NCBI RefSeq assembly: GCF_009914755.1
Contig: NC_060931.1
Origin: the human T2T-CHM13v2.0 reference genome, Homo sapiens
Strand: one strand, 5' to 3'
DNA: 64,000 bases
The translations under genes and the position numbers were made by a program. Shown piece after piece: positions 14,094 through 27,042 of this stretch (position 1 is the stretch's first letter; the number at the start of each line of letters is the position of its first letter). The notes under the pieces were generated by a model. It saw only the letters and a list, made by a program, of their open reading frames with translations, made no database searches and was not told where the DNA came from.

Positions 14094-14234
14094 CTCCATA
14101 GAGTCCTGCTGGAAGGTCACAGGGAGGGACAGGGTGGCAGGGTAGGTGGAACTCTGAGCCCACTTCCATCCCAGAGTTCCACCTACTCTGCCACCCTGTC
14201 CCTCCCTGTGACCTTCCAGCAGGACTCTATGGAG
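14094..14234. repeat. Long inverted repeat: 63-bp arms (14094-14156 / 14172-14234), 15-nt spacer, 1 mismatch
   Basis: Base-by-base reverse complement. The only non-Watson-Crick pair is G14141:T14187. Confidence 0.97.
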
Positions 14235-16739
14235 CAGGGTAGGAACCCATTGTTCTGGAAGGTCCCCATTAGCAATAAGGCTCTGGGTGTGCTAAGTCAC
14301 AATTTGTGCTGGGTGCAGTGTCATATGGGAAGGGATGCTGTGGAAGCATTTGCCATCCAGAGCTGCTGGTGGTCCTTAGGGTGTGCACTGAAGCAGGGTG
14401 GAGTTCACAAAAAGAGCTGTGGCCAGCATGGGGGAAGCCAGGGACAGAGCATGCTGGCCTCACACATGTGAGCGAAGGAAAGGAATGAAGATGAGAAGGA
14501 GAAGCTAAAGTCTAATACTCCTGTAGTTAAAGGTGAATATCTGCTAAGAATTTTGTGTCTGAAAGTTATTTCTTTACGGCAGGCTTTACAAGGAGATGCT
14601 GATCCTCTCCAGTAAGCCAGATAAGTCTTCTTTACCCTCATTCACTCCATTCCCAAGTCTGCATTAGGTACATTAGATATGGTCCCACTTTTCCTATTCA
14701 TTAATATTAGCATGGTGCCACCCATTATTTTTATTTCTTTGAAGTCATCCTTGGCCTATTTATTTAAATTATGCAAAGGGTTTGTATTTCCTAAGATTAC
14801 AACTCCACTAGGATCAATGATTATGTCATGCTTCCCCGGGGATTACAGCCTGCCCTGACTGGCGGCGCACTCAGTGTTTTCATAGGACTTTTCCATCCTG
14901 GTGATAATCTAATGCCCTTGATTAAAAGGCAACTACACTCCCCCCAGCCCCTCATAAAGTGGTGTCTCAGGTGAGACTAACCCCTCCTTCATCTGTTAAC
15001 CCTTTTAAGCCAGGCTGTGGCTACCCAACGTTGCTTACTCTTTGTCCTCAGTCTCAACTGAAGACCATGAATTTATTTCCACTAAAATTTGAAACGTTGA
15101 AACTAGACCAACTATGAAATTAATTGTCTAAGACAGTGATGCCTTACATGAGTCCCTGGACCCCTAGAGATTCTGAAGCCAATAGTGGCAGTTTCGTTAA
15201 CTATTTTTATTGTTTCAAAAGTCGTCAAATAAGAATTTACTCATGATAAACAATTAACAGATCAAATTTCTTTCATTAGGCTGAAGTTATATTATTTTTG
15301 TGGCTTAATAGGCTGATCTGTAACCCTGAAGGATAGTCATATATGTTTCGATAAATTAAAAATGAGATCAGAATATTATCACCTTTAAAGAAGTTCAGTT
15401 TATTTGACATAAAAGTTTTCCAAGATCAAGATGCTTAAGATAAAAGAGTAGTCAAGCTCTTGATGGAGGAAAAAACCTGGCAACTTAAGAAAAAGAAGAG
15501 GGGGGAAACAGGAGAGTTTTCTAAATAGAGGATCAAGGTGAATAAAAATCCAGAGGCAAAAAGTAATAATTAGCCAATAAATACAATACAAATTAGGAAC
15601 TGACCAGCCACACATGAGTAAAACTTTCTCAGTCCCAAACTTTCCAAATCCATGTAGTACATTGCAGCTCCTAGGTGATCATTCTTGCTTTGTAGTAAGC
15701 AAACCACATCCTTCGGAGAACCTTTTCCATTCATTCCTTCTCCCTACTCTAGGATGTTTAACATCATCCCTGTCATTGCACCTCACTACTCAGCAGCACA
15801 AATACCTGTTCATGTTCATCTTATCCACCAGACTGTATCCTATGTCTTGACATTTTCTGTGTCCAGCATAATGTCCAACACAAACAAGATATTTCACCAA
15901 TAGTGGTTGAATTAATAAATAAATGAATGAGTCTTGCTGCCAAAACCTAAGACATTTTATCACTTTTAGGTCTGGTTTTTCAAACAAGGATTCCACAGAC
16001 AGTGTGGAAAACTTGGTTGGTTCCACAATTAAAAATAACTTTGGAAAATGCTATATCCTATAATTCCTTCTCATATTCACAGTCCATTTTACATATTAAC
16101 GGGAGTTAGACTTTCTCTCCAAGTTCAATTTGGCTTGACCTCTAGTATCTCCCAACCTTATTTGATCACGTAAACTTTCTTCGCCTGCTGAATTATGGAT
16201 ACCAGAGAAGTAATGTTCTCTAAGACACTGATTGGGAAACAGTTCTTTGGAGAAGGAGGGTGTGTTTAGGAAGAGGTACAATGGGCATCATTTTGACAAA
16301 GCCCAAGTGTCAGCCTGACTGTTATCTGTGAAAGCCGGAGCCTGTCACTAGCCCTTAGGAAAGTCACACTTCCAAGGGACTGAGGGCTTGTCCCTACCTC
16401 TCTAACCCCTGGGGCTCTCTGGAGCTTTTTTGTTACCACTGTGATCCTTGTTTATCCTGTTTACCTTAATGGATCCTGTCCAACTGCTGAGCCTACCTGT
16501 GGAAGGTAGTGCTGGAATGTTCACCTCGCCCTAGTAAGGCAGAAAGCCTCTTTCCAAGCAGGTGCACTTCTTGGGGGATAAAAGACACATTTCATGACCA
16601 GTAGTGTCCCAAATTTGAGTGGGGTTTTCCCGTAGACTAATGTTAGCTCTGTAAGTTTTCTATATGGAAATAGACAAACTACATTTTGGGAAATTTTTGT
16701 GGGTTTGGCTATTAACTCATTTCAAAATAATACATATTC

Positions 16740-17800
16740 TTTGTAGCATATTCAAATAATATAGACATCTTTCCTCACACCTCACACCCCATTCTCCAGC
16801 AAACATTTAGAATAGTTTGATTTAAATTCTTTAGTACTTTGTGTATATCCAAACAAACTTCATATGCATAAAGACAGACAGATAATATGTTGTATATATA
16901 ATATCTATAAGGTATATTATATAAACATATATACCTACACTCATATGTATATGAATATAATTTTATTTGGCTAAAAAACATACTTGTCTTATGCATGTTA
17001 TTAAAAACTTTTCTTTTGTACTGCATAAAACATCATTAATATCTGCCTATAGCAGTGCTCACTGTTTAACAGCCACATAGTATCCTACATAGTACTAGTA
17101 TCCTAGTATCCCATGTTAGCAATTACTCATAATTTACTTAGTTTTCTATTGATTAATTTACCTTTGGGTCATTTGTAAAATATTTACAAATATTAATTTA
17201 CCTGTACAATATTTCTATGAACATTGTATGGATATCTTTGCGTCAGTGTGACTATTACTACCAGAAGGTCATCCAGAAATGGAATTCCTGGGTATCATGC
17301 ATGAAAATCTTTCACTTAAGTCGGTACTACAAACTTTCCCTTCCCCATGACTGTAGCATTTTATACACTTCTTTAATTACTAGTGATATTAAATATCTTT
17401 TTCTTTATTAGCTACTTGTATTTCTTTTACAAATTGTTTATTCATATCTTTTACCAATTTTTTGTTAGGTTATCTTTGTATTGTTGGTGTATAGGCAATG
17501 TTATATTTTATGAATATTAATGCTCTAAATATTATATATATAGATATATTTTATACCAATTCTTCATTGTCTTCAAAGTTCATTTGTGCCTCAGATAAGT
17601 TACATATTTTATACAGTCACATATGTTATACTTATTTTTGGCTTTTAGGTTTTGGCTTTTGTGTTATGTTAAGTAAGGCCTTTTCTAATTCAGGCCTGTA
17701 AAACTATTGCCATATTTTTTTGATACTTTCTCAAATTTATTATTTTTAAAAATAGATATTTAATCCAGCTGGAATTTATTTTTTTGTGTCTGGCATATCT
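16740..17800 (-). mobile_element. Degenerate ancient L1 (L1M) fragments
   Basis: T-rich antisense L1 motifs (ctatgaacattgt..., ccagaaatggaattcctgggt..., ttaatccagctggaatttattttt). Confidence 0.55.
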
Positions 17801-19605
17801 AAGAATTTTCAAATTGAGAAGGATACCACAGAAAACATATCTACAATGGTAATACAATTTATTAGATCTTATAAGAGATTTTTTTTGTCTTGGAAAAAAC
17901 AAAATTAGGAATTTTGACCAAGCATCAATAATAGCCTATTTTTATTTCTCGAGAGCCTTCAGATGACAAAATGCGCTTTGTATTTGTGTAGCACCTTAAA
18001 ATTGTCCGAACATTTTTGTATCTGGGTTCTCTATTTGCAGCATCATGACAACCATATGAGGTACATGGAGCAGGGAGTATTATCTGTTTTAAATGACTTG
18101 TCTAAGGTCTCTAATTAATGGCTGTGTTGATTCTGGAAAACAGCTCTGTTTACATTCCAGTATTCTTTCTACTAATGTAACAATCATAACCTTTCTACCA
18201 GGCGTTATTCCACATGCAGAGAAATCCCAGGGCAGAAAGTCTTGACTGTAATCAAAGTGAGAGGCTTAAATAAGTTAAGCAATACAGATTTGTTAAAATC
18301 ATTGGTCACGAGCCCTTTCTCCCCACCTCTGGCCTGACGTAATGGTTGTGACTGAGTTGGAAGCCTGCTGGAAAGAGTCTGGGGTGGTTGTCCGATACAG
18401 GCTTAACTGGAGTGGTGCAAATTGTGCCAGTATAATTCCTAATACAAGACAGTGGAAAATTGCTAGCACAATTGAGAGTTGTTAACACAATAGAAAGGAC
18501 GCTAAAGAAAAACCTGATGTGTCTCTCCTGCATGTTTTTTTGTCCCCACTGCCATTTTCTGAGGGGATAAAATGAGATGACATTGGGAAGAAAACTACCA
18601 CACCAGAGCCGGCAGTGATTGCTGCTTTGAATGCTGTACAGCTGCGCCCATGTGGCCAGATTGATCCATTTCAAAGCAATGGTCATTAGATTGCGTTTTA
18701 CTCTGAAAATGCAGTGCCTTTCTGTTTCCCAAGTTGACTGTTATGATGGATGGTGGGATGCCCTACCTCAGTACATTATTTTATGTTTAACAATCTTGCA
18801 TTGTGGAATTAACTGAGTTGTACATTTTGATAGTATTCTATGACAAATTCTGGACTATGAAGAGAATGTGAATTATGGAAGATGAACTTTGTACAGTAGG
18901 AAAGTTTTATTTTGTTCAAACAACTGTACTTTAGATCTGATTAGATCCAGCATCTAACTTTAACACCTTTATTTTAATGCCTGCTGATTTTTAGTCACAG
19001 AAGAAAATTCTTATTCTTTTAAAAAGTTGACTTGAAACTCCCTTTAATTTCTCTCCTTTACTACTTCACTATTTTAAAGCCATTATGCTTTGAGAATGAA
19101 AGTCTTTGGGAGAAGAACTGTTAGGCTTGTTAAGCCTGTGCGTGAACTGCAACACGCCCATAAAGTGTCTGGGCCCCTCCAAAACAACAAAAACCAACAA
19201 CCAACAACAAAAACCTGTTCAAAGGGAATAGAGTTAACCTGTACACACTCATTGCAGTGAATAAAATTCATCAAGTCATACAATGTTTAAAACTCTCAAT
19301 TGTAAAAATGTAATTTCTGCATTCTTTTTGGGCCTAACGTAGACACATGATCAGACTTGAACTAAATATACCTAGAACATTCACTGTCAGATTGTGATTA
19401 AATACACCTGGAACTTCCACTACACCATTTGAAAACTGATCTGTAGTAGCCCATAGAACAATGTCCAGGATGGTACAACAATTATTGGTTGAATGATTGG
19501 ATAAATTAATAAAATAAGGGTTAGTACTCAGGATAAAATATTTATACTTTTTATAATAAAATTATTTTTCATAATGTTATGTCACATTATGAAATTATAA
19601 TGTGA

Positions 19606-19965
<360 letters not shown>

Positions 19966-20414
19966 TTACATATTTCTATTGCTTACTATACTTTCTTAAC
20001 TTTGCAGATTGGAGAGTTAGATTGGTAAAAACACATATTCTTACATTTTGTCTTTTTTAAAGAGAAAAAGGAAGTAAAAAGTTAGAAAATACCCAGAATC
20101 CTTTGCAAACTACATGCTGTATATTGGTTGCAATAATAATTTTATTAAAACCATCAGGTCTAGGTCTGTAGATGAATTCATATGGCTAGGACAACTAAAA
20201 ATTTCCCAATTTCCCAACTTTGAACAACATAACCATGCAGTATTGCAATATCATTATATATATTTAATCATAAACTAGGAACAATAGAGATATAATAGAT
20301 GAAGGCTTACCTAATCCTCATTTAACTAATCAAAGAAGCTGCATAATCCTATAAAATTATTAACCATTTAAAATGACTTTTAAGCAACTCTGGAACAAAA
20401 ATCAGAATTAATTT

Positions 20415-20720
20415 TATAGTACAGTGGTAAATTATAGTTAATAATAATTTATTATATATTTCAAAGTAGCTAAAGGAGAAGAATTGTAGTGTTCCCAACG
20501 CAAAGAAAAGATAAATGTTTGAGGCGACAGGTATCCCAATTACCCTGATGTGATCATTACACATTGTATACATGTATCAAAATATCACATGTGGCCGTTC
20601 TGCCTATGAAGTAGCCATTCTTTTATTCCTTTACTTTCTTAATAAACTTGCTTTCACTTTACAAAAAAAAATCACATGTAACCCAATAATATGTACAACT
20701 ATATCAATAAAAAATAAATA
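20415..20720 (+). mobile_element. L1MA 3'UTR fragment hosting the MER41 mini-insertion
   Basis: tttcaaagtagctaaaggagaag...taccctgatgtgatcattacacattgtatacatgtatcaaaatatcacatgt resumes as aacccaataatatgtacaactat. Confidence 0.8.
20593..20670 (+). mobile_element. Polyadenylated MER41 LTR R-segment retroposed by L1 machinery
   Basis: ttctgcctatgaagtagccattcttttattcctttactttcttaataaacttgctttcactttac matches the recalled MER41 consensus. The A-run starts 16 nt after AATAAA (20641-46). TSD core atcacatgt (20584-92 / 20671-79). Confidence 0.82.
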
Positions 20721-20764
20721 ACAATTTTTAAAGAATTAGAATTTAAATGTAGTTCACATATATC

Positions 20765-20993
20765 TTTTTTTTTTTTTTTTTTTTTTTTTACTTTAAGTTC
20801 TGGGATACATGTGCAGAACGTGCAGGTTTGTTACATAGGCATACATATGCCATGGTGGTTTGCTGCACCTATAAACCCATCATCTAGGTTTTAAGCCCTG
20901 CATGCATTAGGTATTTGTCCTAATGTTCTCCCTCCCCTTTACCCCATCCCCCAACAGGCCCTGGTGTATGATGTTCCCGTCCCTGTGTCCATA
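20765..20993 (-). mobile_element. 5'-truncated L1PA 3' end
   Basis: Poly-T followed by actttaagttctgggatacatgtgcagaacgtgcagg.... Perfect 16-bp TSD agttcacatatatctt (20751-66 / 20994-21009). Confidence 0.93.
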
Positions 20994-22373
20994 AGTTCAC
21001 ATATATCTTATGTGTATTTTATAATATATATTTATCCTGTAAGTTCTGCTATAAAATACTGCTGCAAGTTCTGCTATAAAATTATTAATTAGAAATTAAA
21101 CAATTTTCCTTAGTCAAAATGTTTTAGTAGTTATACTTAAAGGTGGAATATCCAATTTTTAAGTGTCAGAGCTCCTTTTAATCAGGGAAACAATCTGTAA
21201 ATGATAAGATGTCTCTTATTTAGATTTAGATTTTTCTTAGACATTGTTAGCAAGCATCTCTCAGTATTGTCTATCTTCCCAAAATATTGAGTCAAAAAGA
21301 GAGAAACAGAAGTGGTTGGATTAAAAAGAAAAAAAGATGTTCACCTATAAAACAAAAATAATCCCTCAACTGGTTAATGGCCATCCCTGATAGACTTGTG
21401 CAAGAAATCCAAATTTCGGAGCATTTAGCCATAGGACACCCATCATTGCTCCTTTTCCTGCAGTCTCAGGTAGGAAGGGATGCTACAGTGTCCTTTGCCC
21501 TGTGTAGACAGCAGCACCATCCACTCAATCTGCTCTTTGAAAATCACTTCGGTCTCGTAACACATCTAAGTGTTAAAAAACTTTTCAAGTCAAGAGAGAC
21601 TTCTGTATATTTAACTTACATCTTTCATGCTCAACAGTTTCATGACTGTTAAGGAGTAGGGCCATCAGGCAATTTTTGTGAATTGCTTTTTTGTTTATTT
21701 GTTCTTATTGGAGTGGGGGAGGAGAACAGAGAGTCTGCAAAATGAAAAGTGGTTCACTTTGCCAAAGCATCATTTTTACAAAAGGAACACTTGCTCCTTT
21801 TAGAGAAATCAGAAAAGTGTAAAAAGATTTGTCTTTTAAAATCATCTCAAACCTCATCTTCCCCAAGAGATAGTCATTACTAATATTTGATGTACTGTCT
21901 TCCAGTTTTTCTTTGCACATTTGTGTTCACATATTTAAGATAATATTATATATTTAACATTAGATCACATACATTTTTTAGTATCGTTGTAAACTCTTTA
22001 GTCTTTTTAACATTTTACTTAACATTCCAGCTCACTTATATCCCATAATTTACATAACCATTTCCTCCTATGAGTCACTGAGGCTGTTGCATCATCCAGG
22101 TAACATCATTTTGGACCTGAACTTCTACAGAGTAATTCCTTGGTCACATAGTGGCTTATTCTATAGGATTTATTGAATTACCCTATAGAACTTAACATAG
22201 TGAAGGTGATTCTTCACTAGAATCTTGTTATTTTCAAGACATCTGTAACCCAGGAATTGTAGGAAAATTATACTTGAGATTACTACCCACCCCACCCCCA
22301 CCTTCATGTTTTAGAAAATTGAAGACAGAAATTATCAGAATTATCAGAGGCCTGACTCTTCAGGTCCCCCTCC

Positions 22374-22670
22374 TTTTTTTTTTTTTGAGGCAAAGATTCA
22401 TGCTGTTGCCCAGACTGAAGTGCAGTGGTGTGACCTTGACTCACTGCAACCTCGACCTCCCCGGCTCAAGTGATCTTCCCACCTTAGTTTCCCAAGTAGC
22501 TGGGACTACAGGCACCTGCCACCATGCCTGGCTAATTTTTGTATTATTTGTAGAGACGGGGTTTCTCCATGTTGCCCAGGCTGGTCTTGAACTCCTGGGC
22601 TCAAATGATCCACCCGCCTCGGCCTCCCAAAGTGCTGTGCCATTACAGGCGTGTGCCATCGTGCCTGGCC
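22374..22670 (-). mobile_element. Alu (AluJ-like)
   Basis: Antisense Alu with J-type motifs (ctcctgggctcaa). TSD core caggtccc. Confidence 0.93.
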
Positions 22671-22702
22671 TCCAGGTCCCTTTTTTTTTAATACTTTAGA
22701 GA

Positions 22703-23019
22703 AGTACTGTCCAATAGAAATATGATGTGAACCACAAATGCAACCCTCAGATGTTACTTTTAAATGTTCTAGTAGCCATATGTAAAAAGTAAAAGAGGAA
22801 ACTAATTTTAATAATGAGCTGAATGCAATATACCCAAAAGATTATCATTTCAATCTGCAATGATATAAAAATTACTAATGAGATATCTTATAAATCTTCT
22901 TGTGTTAGAAATGGACCTACGCATTCTATATTTAACACATATCTGTTTTCAGTCTAGCTACATTTTAAGGCTCAGTAGCTGTATGTAGCTAGCTGCTGCT
23001 ACTACTTGGGATAGCACAG
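22703..23019 (+). mobile_element. MER33 (hAT-Charlie)
   Basis: ctgtccaatagaaatatgatgtgaaccacaaatgc ... ttgggatagcacag. Confidence 0.8.
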
Positions 23020-23029
23020 CTGTAGAGAG

Positions 23030-23230
23030 CTAGCTTAAGCGGTAGATAAGGTGGATTCCATCTGGAGTTTCAACTAGCTCTGTGCTTATTAGCTAACCTC
23101 AGGCAAGTTACTTAACTTTTCTATGCTTCAGTTTGTCTGTCTGTAAAACAGGAATAGTCATAGTAACTATTGGGTAGAGTTGCTGTAGAGTTTGATGAGA
23201 TAATCCACGGAGACAGTGCTCAATAAAAGT
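23030..23230 (+). mobile_element. MIR
   Basis: ggcaagttacttaactttt...cttcagtttgtctgtctgtaaaa...gtgctcaataaa. Confidence 0.75.
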
Positions 23231-25094
23231 CCTGTAAAGAAATGTTGAAAAAGTGTAGCTAGTGATCCTACTCTAACTTAACCAATGACTTTCAGCATCC
23301 TATCATCTTCCCCTTTCATCTTGTCACTGTTTTTGGTAAGAATGAATTATTTGGAAGCTAATCACTGCTCTCATGCTCTGGAGAAAGGGACTAACATTTC
23401 ACCCATAGCCTAGATGCCCAAAGCAATGTGGAATCACGTACCTCTTTGTAATGTTTAATCTATGTTGATGACAGGGCTTCTCCAGGGCTCCTTTTGGTCC
23501 TCCTCTAATAGAGGCCTACACTATTTCCTCCTGGCCTGTCAGACAATATGTTCTGATCTCTTCCAAGTGGTGGATGGGAATGTAGAGGGAACCACAGGTT
23601 CTTAGCATGGCTACATACTCTGTGGCTGTCATGGTAGTTTGCAAGGGTTACTTAGTGGAAATTAAGGGCTATTCTACCTGTCTTCTCAACTTCTAATATT
23701 CCAGCCTCAGCATGGAGCTGAAACAGAAATAACTGAAAAGAGAGTTTGGCAGAGATTTCTGAGCCAGAAAACTTCCTTCTCATGCTGATCCAGGTGTATG
23801 TGCCTCAGTGGTTCTGCCATAGGATGGGAAAGATCTACCAAGTGGGGGTGTGATGGAGAAGGCTCCCTTCAGTTCACCCTGGAGGTGGGTTGGATTTCTT
23901 TAAGCAGGAAGACACCGGCTGGAATCCCAAGTCCTTTGTACTTAGAAAATGTGACCAAATCTCACAGATAATGCTGTATGAAAGGCAAATGCTCTTGCTG
24001 ACCAACAGGCAGGCTGTCTTCAGGCACATCACAGTTAGAAAACACACCTGGAACCTTTTGTTGAATTCTTGTTGGTTGCCACTTCTCTGTATTGACTTTT
24101 GTGTCCTGATCATTGAGTGTTAGTGCACAATATTTTTATATTGTGGGTGTGATCAGGACTGTTCTTAAGGGTGACTATAATTAGAGAACAGCCATCTATA
24201 CCTGATTTTCATTGTATTCATATATTACTGTGATCTCTTTATTTTCATTTAGTGCTGAAAACACCTGCAAACTTATCTGCAGTCACGTGTGTCTTTTCCT
24301 CCTGTTCCAAGAGGTATCCTATCACGGCCAAAGCCCTTAATCCCATTCCTGCCCACCTCCTCCTTCCTTCACCCCATGGCTTGTCCCCTCTCTCCTCAGT
24401 CTTCACCTGATCACTCACCTGATCTCCTCAGTCCCCTCTCTCCTCAGTCTTCACCTGATCACTTGGCTCCTTCACATCTGTTCTTACAACCACTCAAGTC
24501 CTTTCTGTCTTCCTGGACCCCACATCCTCTCCAGTTGCCTGATCTCTCTCTTCTCTGTCATAGCCTGATACTTGCAAGAACTGGTCTCACTTGTGACATC
24601 CCTGCCCTGACCCCCATGTACTCCTCAAGCCCCTGTGATCTGGATTCCACCCACCATCACAATGGCACTGTTCTCCCCAGGTCAGCCATGTGCTCCTTGT
24701 ACTCTTTATTTCTCTTCTCCTGTGACCTCTCTCCAGTGTTTGATGCTGTTGTCTATTCCCTCCATCATCAAATTACTTTTTCCCTTTGGTTATGGTGCCA
24801 CACTATCAGTGTATGTGTATGTGTGTGTGTGTGTTCACCTACCTCTTTGGTTTACTAGGTTCTCCTCCTCTATCCATCCCTTGAATGGGTGCCCTTTTCT
24901 GTCCTCTATTTTTCTTATACCTTCACTCCTTTGGCTTTAATGATATTAAACACTGATAACTCCACTCCATACTTTAACTCCAAGTCTTTCTTCTGACTTC
25001 CAACCCATACTTCCAGCTTTCTACTAGACACTTTCATTCAGACATCCCAGTAGGCACCTCAAACTAAGCATGTCCAAAATTTCGTGCATCAGTA

Positions 25095-25498
25095 TAGGGT
25101 GACCATATATTTTATTGTCCAAACTAGGTCAACTTTTGAGTGTGAAAAAGAGGTACTACTAGTAATTATGCCACAACAATAGGCATAGACAGATACTGTT
25201 CCAGGAAAATCAAGACAGGTGTCTAGGGCCTACTTGTCCCTTAGGCACAGCAAGCACAGTGCCCAGGCCATGGTTATGATACTTTTAGGGGCCCCTGAAA
25301 ACATTTTAATTTTGTTTAAAATCAGAAGAAAAATTAATATACTGCTAATAAAGTAATAATGAACCCAGCTCTGTCTTTATATCAATGCAGTCATAAAGTA
25401 TAATTTTGAATTTTTTTAATGAAGAAAGGGGCCCACAAAGGCCAGTGTGCCAGAGAAACCATGAAAATCATCATGTGGCCTCATGTATGGCCACCCTT
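25095..25498 (-). mobile_element. MER94 (hAT-Blackjack) split by ORSL
   Basis: TIRs tagggtgaccatat ... gtatggccaccct. The internal sequence matches recalled MER94. Confidence 0.72.
25224..25482 (+). mobile_element. ORSL-like (hAT-Tip100) nested in MER94
   Basis: taggcacagcaagcacagtgccc...gatacttttaggggccc...aaaatcagaagaaaaa...ggggcccacaaaggc. Confidence 0.7.
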
Positions 25499-27042
25499 AA
25501 CACCCACTTCTCCAGATGTGCTTCCTTTCTTGATTTATCTCGCAGACTAGCATCCTCACATTCACTCAGAAGACCCCACTCCAGAAACCTGGATATCATC
25601 CTTGAGTCCCCTCCACCCATCCCTTCAGCACCCACTCCACTGAGCAGAAGGATTACCTGTGACTCAACAGTTCCCTAAGCTTCTCCTTCCATCTAGGAAG
25701 ACTGGCCCATGGCTGCCTTTATCTTAGGTCAATCAGCAAATCAAAGAAGCAGACTTTGGCCAAATGTTTTCTCATTTTTCTTTTTGTTTTCTTCCTTCAG
25801 TGTATTCCCTCTTCTTCCTTTGTAACTTTCAAGTGCTTTTATTGGCCAGCAACAAAGTGCTTAACTCCGCCAAATAACCACCCCTGGCCTGCAGGCTCTT
25901 CTCCATGCAGGACCCAGTCTCCTCTACCACCTGCTGTGAATTTGTTCTTGGGCTGTGAGGAGCATCTCTCAGCATTTCAAGATTCAGGTGATGGTGCTTC
26001 TCTCTTTGTCAGAGAGAATGAGCATGACTTAACTGGCAAAGCAGCCTCATGTTTTTCTACATTATCCTTAATGCTTAAATTCGAGGAAAAATTGCTCTGT
26101 AAGGAATGTTAATTTTATCTTTAATGCTACAAATAATGAGAATGAGAATTCTGTACAGTGCCTAGACATTGCCTGCGTGGATGGTTACTCAATGCCCTCA
26201 TGAAGCCCCCTCTGCTCTCACATTTCATCTGATGAATTCCCATTTGCTCCACAGGTTGGACCAATGAGGCAACACTAGGGGAGAAGCGTGTCTTTTCCAG
26301 AAAGATAGGGAGAGCCTTTTCCTTTCCAAAATATGCTTCCTGGATCATCGCTGCTCTACTGATCATAACTTTTACATCATGGCCTTCAAATGTTGTTTTA
26401 TTCACAAATGAGTATAGAACCAAAGAAAGGTCAAAAAGAAAATGCATGCATACAAACACATACCCCATATCTTGTGTTAGCAAGAAATAACACATTTTCC
26501 AAATTCCTGAATGTTGAAGTTTTCCAAATACCGTGAAAACATCATGCTAGAAGAGTCCATAACATTAAGCATGAGAAATAAATCACAGTAGCCTTAGTCT
26601 GTTAAAAACTAGAAACAAGTTGATGCCTACCAAAATAAAAGTTAAGGGGCATAATGAAACCATTGGAAGGAATGGACCTTATTTAGAAACTTGCCCATAG
26701 AAAGTCACAGAATTCCTTTGCAGCCGCATCTCATGACTTACTCTTCAACCAGCCTATTCCTTCTATGCTATGGCTCACTCAGTTTAAAATCTTTTTTCCA
26801 CTCTTCAAACACAATGCATAGTTAACTGCATTTTCTTATAAAATAGTTTATTTTTAGAATGAAAATCAGGTCACTATAGGAGGATCCACATGCAAAACCC
26901 AGTGTCCATCATTCAATGTATTTGTCCCTAGGACACTGGCCTTTTGTCCACTCCCCTTGCCTCCACCCTCCTTTTAATGATTCAGAAGCTACAAGAATTT
27001 CCTTGGGACTTCCTGAGTTCTGCCTTCACACAGAGTTCAGGG

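Larger units (their letters stand above)
24290..25620 (+). mobile_element. L2 fragments (host of MER94/ORSL)
   Basis: Pyrimidine-rich L2 motifs (aggcacctcaaactaagcatgtccaaa; ccagaaacctggatatcatccttga). Confidence 0.65.

Noticed and set aside
22274-22699. 141-aa ORF and similar ORFs at 87, 370, 8698, 19667, 27750, 38059 and 39164
   Set aside because: These are typical translations of Alu sequence.
24289-24858. Longest ORF in the track (189 aa, Pro/Ser/Leu-rich)
   Set aside because: It results from pyrimidine-rich L2 DNA, a local duplication and a TG repeat, and has no recognisable protein features.
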